A stretch of DNA of 63,291 nt, the filler included, from Octopus bimaculoides (lineage: Eukaryota): the NCBI RefSeq assembly GCF_001194135.2. It is 4 parts of 4 records of this genome, joined end to end, with 100 filler letters (N's around TTAATTAATTAA, not from the genome) between each part and the next. Parts side by side here need not be neighbours in the genome. Positions count along the whole stretch, not along the records: positions 37,899 to 56,633 come from NC_068983.1; positions 56,734 to 63,291 come from NC_068984.1; 2 more parts are not named here. One strand, written 5' to 3'. The position numbers and the translations under genes are program-made. Positions 55,800 through 63,291 of this stretch are shown here, piece by piece. The notes beneath the pieces are model-generated. The model had not been told where the DNA came from. It ran no database searches and saw nothing but the letters and a program-made list of their open reading frames with translations. Positions within the stretch are counted from its first letter, which is position 1, and every line of letters starts with the position of its first letter.

Positions 55800-56420
55800 A
55801 AAGCCTAGAAATTACATACATCAAAATTTCGGTATCCTGGATGTGATCATGCTGGACATGTAAGAGTTGAAAGGAACTTGTATGCAAAATATGTGGCAGG
55901 TTCACTGGAGGGTGAGAGATAAATAATTAGCACCTCAGAGATGATAGATGCACAGGAACCATTTGCAGCTGGAGCACAAAGTTCATGAACTGCTCAGATG
56001 GCTCAGTAGATATAGTTGAGTTCGTTACCAAGGAAACCTGATGGATATTGGGAATGATTGTAGTGTTTGTAAAGAAGCTGGAATAAGGAATGGATGAGCG
56101 AAGTACACAAAGCTATTGGCAACAAAAGTGTTAAAGGGTAAATTATATGAAGCTTATGTGAAAAGTGTGGTGCTGCATGATGGAATATGGACACAAAAAT
56201 CGGTGGTTCTATGAAAGCAGGAGATGAATGAAATAAGAATGGTCTGTTCGATTTACAATGTTAATTTGCATGGAAGATGGAGTACAAGCAAGCTGAGAGT
56301 GCCTGGTCATTAAAGGTATCGGCAGATAAATACCAAACTTGTGTGAATAGCTAATGTGTTCTGGATGAAGAATGACCATATACTGATGGTGGAAGATACC
56401 AGTAGCAGAGAAACACAGAA
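55800..56420 (+). mobile_element. Highly degenerate copy of the same RTE-like LINE 3' region
   Basis: Segments such as ttggcaacaaaagtgttaaagggtaaattatatgaagcttatgtgaaaagtgtggtgctgcatg align by eye to the LATKG..VKG.LY..CV...MLHG region of the 11770-13010 copy. Confidence 0.6.
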
Positions 56421-56592
56421 GTGGTCAAATTTCATAATGTTCATTCTCCTTGATAAACTTATACAAAACCAATATCAATTGCAAGATATTGTACAAGTCC
56501 CCGCCTACCCCTATCAGAGTGGAAAACTATTATTAAAATATTATTACAATTTCACACACGCACACACCTACTTGCTTGTCTATCTAAATTTA

Positions 56593-56633
<41 letters not shown>

Positions 56634-56733
56634 NNNNNNNNNNNNNNNNNNNNNNNNNNNNNNNNNNNNNNNNNNNNTTAATTAATTAANNNNNNNNNNN
56701 NNNNNNNNNNNNNNNNNNNNNNNNNNNNNNNNN
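56634..56733. other. Artificial scaffold-joining linker
   Basis: 44 N + TTAATTAATTAA (56678-56689) + 44 N. Confidence 0.97.
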
Positions 56734-57099
56734 TATATATATATATATATATATATATATCTTGTCAGTAGTCCATATGTCCGAAAAGGAACACTCTAAG
56801 GTATTAGGGCAGTGATATATTTTTTAGGAAGAAGTTATGGCTGGTCATAGAATGATCATTGGTTTCACACCTAGAAAGTGTTAGCAGCATAGGAGACTCA
56901 TCAGACTCATAAGGCTGAAGATGCATGAGGTTATGCACCTTCAGTCATTTAAGTCTGACAAGTTGCTTATACTGCTGAGTGCTTTATAAATGCAAAACCA
57001 ATGACCAGCCATAACTTTTAACCTTCTAATATTTATATGTATATACACACACACATACACTCACTCATGAACTTTCAGAACTTACAATTTCATATTAAC

Positions 57100-57130
<31 letters not shown>

Positions 57131-58758
57131 ATGCATATGGGATGATTGTAAGAAAAAGAGTCACCAACTGAGGTTTGTCATATAAACAATAAACACACAG
57201 GTCAACACTTTTTTTGGTGTGCAATTTTTAAATATATTTCAAATTAGTTTTTAAACCTGTGTGTTTATTATTTATGTTACAAGGAATTATTTCCAGAAAA
57301 AATACAAAAAAAAAAAAATCAGAAAACCCAAAAGTTTAAAAAAAGCCACAAACTCAGAGAGCTGTGAAGTTGGGAAGACTGCATAAAAGTCTGAATAAAC
57401 CAAGCTAGGATAATGAACATACACTACTTGTTTCAATTATCAACTAAGCTTGCTGTCATCATATAACCTAGGCCATGCTTAAATACTTTTAAAACTAGTG
57501 GAAGTATAAATGATTTAACACATTGTATTAGATGTATCTTCTTACTGTATATAAAAATTAATTCTGTGTTGGTTTCAACAAGTGTTCCAGTTTTTCATTC
57601 AATGAAATTAGCCACTCATGATCATCAGACAGACTCAGTGTTGTGACAATGCTGGACATCTGAATTGCAGGTATGGTTCACCTTGTATTACAGTGCAAGA
57701 GGCTGAGCATTCCACAGATCCATGTATCCTACATGTAACCTTGAAGTAGACTCAGTGTAGTACAGGCTTGTCTGGTGACTAACAGAAACAGTCCTTTTTG
57801 TTGATTATGTATAAGTGTAATTCAATGTATTGTACGGCCATGTGAATTACAACAATGTAGTGTAATTCACAGGAGTAATCACGGGATAAGGGGGTGGGGG
57901 TTCACCATTAAAAGCTTTTGTCTTTATGCATAACTTATTTATTAAAATGGTTTTGGTTCCCAAATTAGATAGTGCATTGCGTTCCTGAACAAAGTATTTA
58001 ATTTCACATTGCTCTGTGATCACTTTGATATTAGACATGTAACACACTGTGCACCTGTACAAGTGATGTTGATTTGATGGAGGGAATGAGCAAATGGACA
58101 GCAAAAACACTTTAGCAATACAAACAAATCATCTGTGCAGGTTGTTCAGCAAGAACTTGCAGAATTATCATTCTCAGACTTGAGAGGCTACAAAGAAGAT
58201 TTATTAAAGCAAATCATCTTATGTGGTGTTCATTCATTTCTGAGTTGTACCCAAAGAGATATCCCAATTTAACACTACTTTATTCATTAGAGTACCTAAT
58301 TATAGTTAGGTGGAAAGGAATACTTCAGAGACAAGAGTCTTGGCAATAGACAGAATACACTTCTGATGTCAAGAGAGGAACTGTGAAACTACTGGCTGAT
58401 TGGGGTATTATTGGGTGAAGGAAGTTGTAGAGAGAGAAGTGGGCGGTGGAAAAGAACTGAGAGGAGAAATATTGATTCAATGCTGAATGTGAAGGTCACT
58501 ATTCAGCGCTTTAACATAGAATGTTTGTGTGTGTGTAGATATACATAAATATGTAGATAAATATAGATAAATACACTCATAAACATACATAAATTTATGT
58601 ATATATATATATGCATAAATACATGTATAATTACATATATTCATATAAGTGTGACTGTGTGTGTGTATATATACATATATATATGTAGATAGATAAATAA
58701 CTCACACGCATACATATATGTACATGCTTATATAGATATGTACAAGTACACACATATG

Positions 58759-58796
<38 letters not shown>

Positions 58797-58844
58797 GTGT
58801 AGGTACAAGAGGTGGTCAAACTCTGTGTAAGGAGTAGACAACCA

Positions 58845-58929
<85 letters not shown>

Positions 58930-59265
58930 CACATACATTTGTAAATAAATATGTACAAATGTATGTGTGCATGTGTGAATATGTATATGTAAACACATAT
59001 TCATATACACATGTGTGCATGTGTAGAGTATAATATATTCACTAAAGCTGACACTTCATATTCCCTAACTTATAGTAACAAATTGGCAATGAGAAACTCT
59101 AAGTTAGAAAATGTGAAAGGTTGGTTTTAGTGTGTGTGTGTGTATGCATGTATGTATATGCACATACACACATTCATTCAGTGAAATAACAAAAAGAAAC
59201 TTCAACCAACTCAAATCTTGTCACAGGCAAACATACGCATTCATACACTCATATATCATTGCATT

Positions 59266-59390
59266 TTACTGTCGTCGAAGGTTCTCTAAACGGGCTTCTA
59301 AGTCAGCATCTGCATCGTTGACTCCTGCTGCTGCTGCCTGAGCTTGTTGTTTAGTTCCAGGAGCCAGAGTTCCACTGGCACTGGGTAGTC
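59266..59390 (-). CDS. CHMP2A: CHMP2A terminal coding exon with stop codon
   Basis: Translates (G)LPSASGTLAPGTKQQAQAAAAGVNDADADLEARLENLRRQ*, ending in the Vps4-binding MIM1 motif (DLEARLENLRR). Acceptor tttctctcttgtgatacag|GA, TAA at 59266-59268. Confidence 0.97.
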
Positions 59391-59825
59391 CTGTATCACA
59401 AGAGAGAAATGAAAAATAAAAAGAAATTAGTAAGATATCAAATATAACAGGTAATTAAAGAGAGGGATGCGAAAATGCTTAGCTGTGACCCGCATGCAAG
59501 TATGATCTCATAGCTGGTATGTTGCTTTTGCTAATTGTTTTAGGTGCCTATATAGTTGCAAGCAGATGCAAACACTCTCTTGCCCCTCCCCCCTTCATCC
59601 AGTGGAACAACATGGATGTGACTGAGAGAGAGAGAGAGAGAGAGAGAGAGGGATTTGGAACAAAATGGTTGAGATGTCAAGGCAGCAGGCTATCATAGAT
59701 TCTAACTTGGCAAAAGCAACCATTGTTGTATTTCACTCAGCAAGGTACATAACTGTTTGTATTAGTTGGCTTTACTAACAAAATAGTTTCAGCCCCCCGT
59801 GTAGGAGATTTTAAAATTGTGATAC

Positions 59826-59946
<121 letters not shown>

Positions 59947-59994
59947 CTGCACCAGCAATTGATTGGTACACATTTCCAGCTGAGTAGACAGAAA

Positions 59995-60480
59995 CAACAT
60001 TAAATGAAGAACCTTATGGAAAAGCTTAATAACATCTGGTGCAGCAAAAGTGACCCAACTAAGCTAAAAAGAAGTTAAAGTGAGTGCTCATTTGGCCAAC
60101 AGGCATTTATGGTTGTGAAGGATGGGCTCTGAACAAATTTCAAGAGAACATAGCCAATGCGTTTGAAATGTTAATGTATAGGTGGAATATTTATGAGCCT
60201 TACAAGGATCATCAAACAAATGAATGAATATTACAAGTAGGTTACAGACTACAACTCCTGAATATTGTAAAAAAACATAACAGAAGTTCATCTATTATGA
60301 CCATACTTGAAGAAACAGAAGTTTGGAAAACATCATCATGGAAAGAAAAGTAGAGGGTAGTACATCATGATGCAAGCAAAGAATGCAATGGTCAGACAAT
60401 ATCAAGAACTGGTTGGACAAGAGTGGCAAAGCAGCTGGAGAACTTGTGCTTAATTGTAGTATGATCAATGTGCTACAGGC
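59995..60480 (+). mobile_element. Ancient RTE-clade LINE ORF2 C-terminal relic in the last CHMP2A intron
   Basis: Frames read WPTGIYGCEGWALNKFQENIANAFEMLMYRW...DHQTNE and ENIIMERKVEG...QRMQWSDNIKNW. These match the RTE LYGCE.W...AFEM and MEG.VEG..GR.R..W.D.IK motifs. Confidence 0.7.
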
Positions 60481-61595
60481 ATATGATACATGACAATCAC
60501 AATTACACAGGAAGAAGCTCATGGGCATTGGTAGTGAATGTGTCTACCTAGGTTCAAAATTTAGTCACAGCAGTGCAGGGAATTTTTCACAGGCATAGGA
60601 ATAACTATGTGGTTAACAAGCTTGCTTTGCAACTACGTGGTTTCAGGTCCAGTCTCATTGTGTAGTACCTTGGGCAAGTGATTTCTACTATAACTTCGAA
60701 CCAACCAATGCATTGTGAGGATATTTGGTAGATGGAAGCGATTTCGTAGAGCAGTTGGATATGGCTGGATTTGGCCGGTTTGAACAAATAAAGGGGGAAT
60801 TAATTTTGACCGGTTTGAACACTAAACGGCTAAATAAATGATATGAGTATCCATATGTAGACACGTCCCAAAAAACCAGGAATATATATCCTGGCACTTC
60901 ACCATGTCAGCTCTCTCCTGCTCTTTTTTGCACTCTTGCTTTCTCCCACTCTCACTCTTTCCCTTGTTCTTCCCTCTGGCTGGGTAATGATGTATCTCCT
61001 CTTCAGTAGCACATCTTTTCTGCCCTCATTCTTGATCACTCTTTGTTTCTGTCCCCTTTCTTGTTACCTCTCGCTTCCTCTCCCTTGGCTGGGTAACCAT
61101 GTATCTCCTCTATAGTAAGACACCTGTTTCTGTCTCTCTGTCACACTCTAATCTTTCATCATCTGACACAAGATCACCTCCTTCAATGCCTTCACCCTTC
61201 TCAAAATTTCTTGCTTTGCAAGATACCGAGTGACCCTGCTGGTGCAGGTTCTATGTAAAAAGCATCCAGTCCACACTGCGAAGTGGTTGGCATTTGGAAG
61301 GGTACCCTCACTTGCGCTGGTACCATGTAAAAAAATACTCAGTCTAGTCTACGGGGTGGTTGGTGTTAGGAAGGGCATCCAGCCATAAAAACCATACTAA
61401 AACAGACACAGTAGCCTGGTGTAGGCTTCTCTCTGGTTGGCTCTTGTCAAACAATCCAACCCATGCCAGCATGGAAGATGGACGTTAAATGATGATGATG
61501 TTGATGAATGAATAAGACATTCAACTCAGAAATGCATAATGTGAGAAAATCATAAATGTTAGATAAAATGGTTAAAATAAAAGATGACAATTTAC

Positions 61596-61657
61596 CAGAT
61601 AGTTCCTCTGACATCTGTAGACCTAATTCATCAAGAACTTGTGCTACAATTGCATCA
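61596..61657 (-). CDS. CHMP2A: CHMP2A penultimate coding exon (62 nt)
   Basis: Translates (T)DAIVAQVLDELGLQMSEELS(G). Acceptor ggtttcttttcag|T and donor TCTG|gtaaat. Phases (2 in, 1 out) fit both flanking exons exactly. Confidence 0.96.
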
Positions 61658-61719
61658 CTGAAAAGAAACCAGATGAAAAGTTACAACAGAAATCAATCAC
61701 ACAATTACTATACATATTC

Positions 61720-61850
61720 AGGGTGCGATGGGTAAATTGTCACTATTATATACTTTTAATTTAGTGCATGTGCATTGTTTGTTTTTGATTTTACTGACTA
61801 CACAGTATAGTAGGGTCAGTGGGACACCGTCTGAGAGAAAACTACTTATC
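61720..61850 (+). mobile_element. Probable Tc1/mariner-type terminal fragment
   Basis: Begins cagggtgcgatgggtaaattgtc, a CAGGGTG terminus like the 38760 element. No partner TIR found. Confidence 0.4.
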
Positions 61851-62700
61851 AAAGGCACCAGTTTGGGGTCAAACGACAGAAGATGGTCCTTTAGCTACAA
61901 ATACATATTAGTCAAAGTTCTACCTAGGCCATCCATAGCATTTTATGTTTTGGATCAGAGGAAATAGTTTTTTTATGACAATATAAGCTGGATGGAGAGA
62001 GAAAAGAGAAAATTGGAATCTCTATTATATACGGTTTGGTATGCAGCAGTGGTGTTGTTTATCAACATTGTCAAATTGTTAGTGTTTTGATTTTGTTTGT
62101 CAATTCTTAAAGACATTCCATTTGGAAGCCTTTATGTTTTGACTTTTACAAACACCTAACAATTCATGACATGATGTATGCATATGTATGTATGATTAAT
62201 TATGGAAATAATAAATCATACATGTGTATGGTTTATAATGTGTATGAATTATTATGAAAATATTTATTCTTAGAACTATGCATAGATCTATAAGCACATA
62301 TATAAATAATATATGATGTTTAGAGTAGAGGAAGAAATAAAAAACATGAACATGGTATTGAGCAGATGACATGGTCAGGTCAACAAAAAGTGTGCGTGTG
62401 TTCATATATATATATATATATATAAATGGATATAGATATATTTACACACAAAAATATATATCACATATATAATATAAAACACCTGAGCAAAGTAACATAT
62501 GTTTGATCTGAGGGAGATTTGGCTACTATATCTAGAAGCTTCCCTTATAGTCTCCTTCAATTAGGTGTTGTTTCATCATGAATCAAAGCAGTGTCCCAGT
62601 TCAATGCAGTGACACAGTTGATGGCAGTCTTCCTGGATGGTTGCTGTCCAATGACTGAAACCAGTAAAAGAATAAAATAAGGAAAGCTTTATCAACATAC

Positions 62701-62828
62701 GTTTCTTCTTCATCATCTTCTCCCATTGCATCATCAATGGCATCGTTCATCATTTCTTCCTTCATATCCATCATCTCAGACTGTTTCTCAAATTCCATCA
62801 TGATCTTTTGAATCTGAGGTAACTTCAG
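62701..62828 (-). CDS. CHMP2A: Charged multivesicular body protein 2A (ESCRT-III Vps2), third-from-last coding exon
   Basis: Translates LKLPQIQKIMMEFEKQSEMMDMKEEMMNDAIDDAMGEDDEEE(T), matching the Snf7-family Vps2/CHMP2A core. Acceptor atttatctttcag|CTG, donor AC|gtatgt (phase 2). Confidence 0.97.
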
Positions 62829-62959
62829 CTGAAAGATAAATAAATTAGAAGTTTAATACTTTGATATTCCAGATTGTTTGATGTTTTCAAGTTTCAAATT
62901 CGGCAACCTGCAATCTATTAATAGTTCCATCACTGGTTTTCATATATATGTGCCAATGT

Positions 62960-63291
62960 GCCAGAAGGGAGGCTAGGCGACAGGTTTATTTAGCCAGAGG
63001 GGAAGCAGATAAGGAAAGATTTGCCAATGTTCTGCGCCGTGAGGACCAAAGACTCGAGGTATTTCGTGTTGCAAGACAGTGTAGGAGAGAGAATAGTGAT
63101 GTTGTAGGAGAGAAATGTGTTCGCATGGATGATGGTACGCTTGCATTAAATGAGGATGCAAAGAAAGAGGTCTGGAGATGCCACTACAATAGATTGCTTA
63201 ATAAAGAGAATGAATGGGAGAAAGAGAGCCTGCCGTATGTCGACCCAATAGAGGGACCAGCTATCCGAGTTGATAATACCAGGGTAGATAA
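62960..63291 (+). mobile_element. RTE-clade LINE ORF2 fragment (endonuclease-RT linker), 5'-truncated, running off the window end; antisense within a CHMP2A intron
   Basis: Uninterrupted frame ARREARRQVYLARGEADKERFANVLRREDQRLEVFRVARQCRRENSDVVGEKCVRMDDGTLALNEDAKKEVWRCHYNRLLNKENEWEKESLPYVDPIEGPAIRVDNTRVD. It resembles the RTE/RTEX linker (W..HY..LLN.EN.W) that precedes the RT domain. CpGs are retained. Confidence 0.85.

Noticed and set aside
62601-62700. C-terminal part of the 66-aa ORF (YVDKAFLILFF...)
   Set aside because: Read-through into the CHMP2A intron and a SINE tail; the true exon ends at the gtatgt donor.

Overview
Eukaryotic, gap-rich, microsatellite-saturated genomic DNA. It is most likely an octopus (inference from the microsatellite load and the SINE/RTE-LINE families). 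The window is not one contiguous molecule. Three artificial 100-bp linkers (44 N + TTAATTAATTAA + 44 N) split it into four pieces: 1-26188, 26289-37798, 37899-56633 and 56734-63291. Two conserved genes are recognisable. One is a single internal exon of the lysosomal GTPase ARL8 (+, 49795-49949). The other is the last three coding exons of the ESCRT-III subunit CHMP2A/Vps2 (-, 62701-62828, 61596-61657, 59266-59390), which splice in frame to the stop codon. The rest is mostly mobile DNA. It includes several SINE families, RTE-clade LINE fragments (one young and still in frame at the right edge), mariner and hAT transposase relics and piggyBac-like MITEs. There is also a 505-bp foldback element, a probable solo LTR and several minisatellites. 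Almost all ORFs in the supplied track are microsatellite or N-gap artefacts. A few orphan minus-strand exon candidates in the first piece could not be assigned to a family. I found no convincing novel biological system; the most interesting leads are listed as findings.
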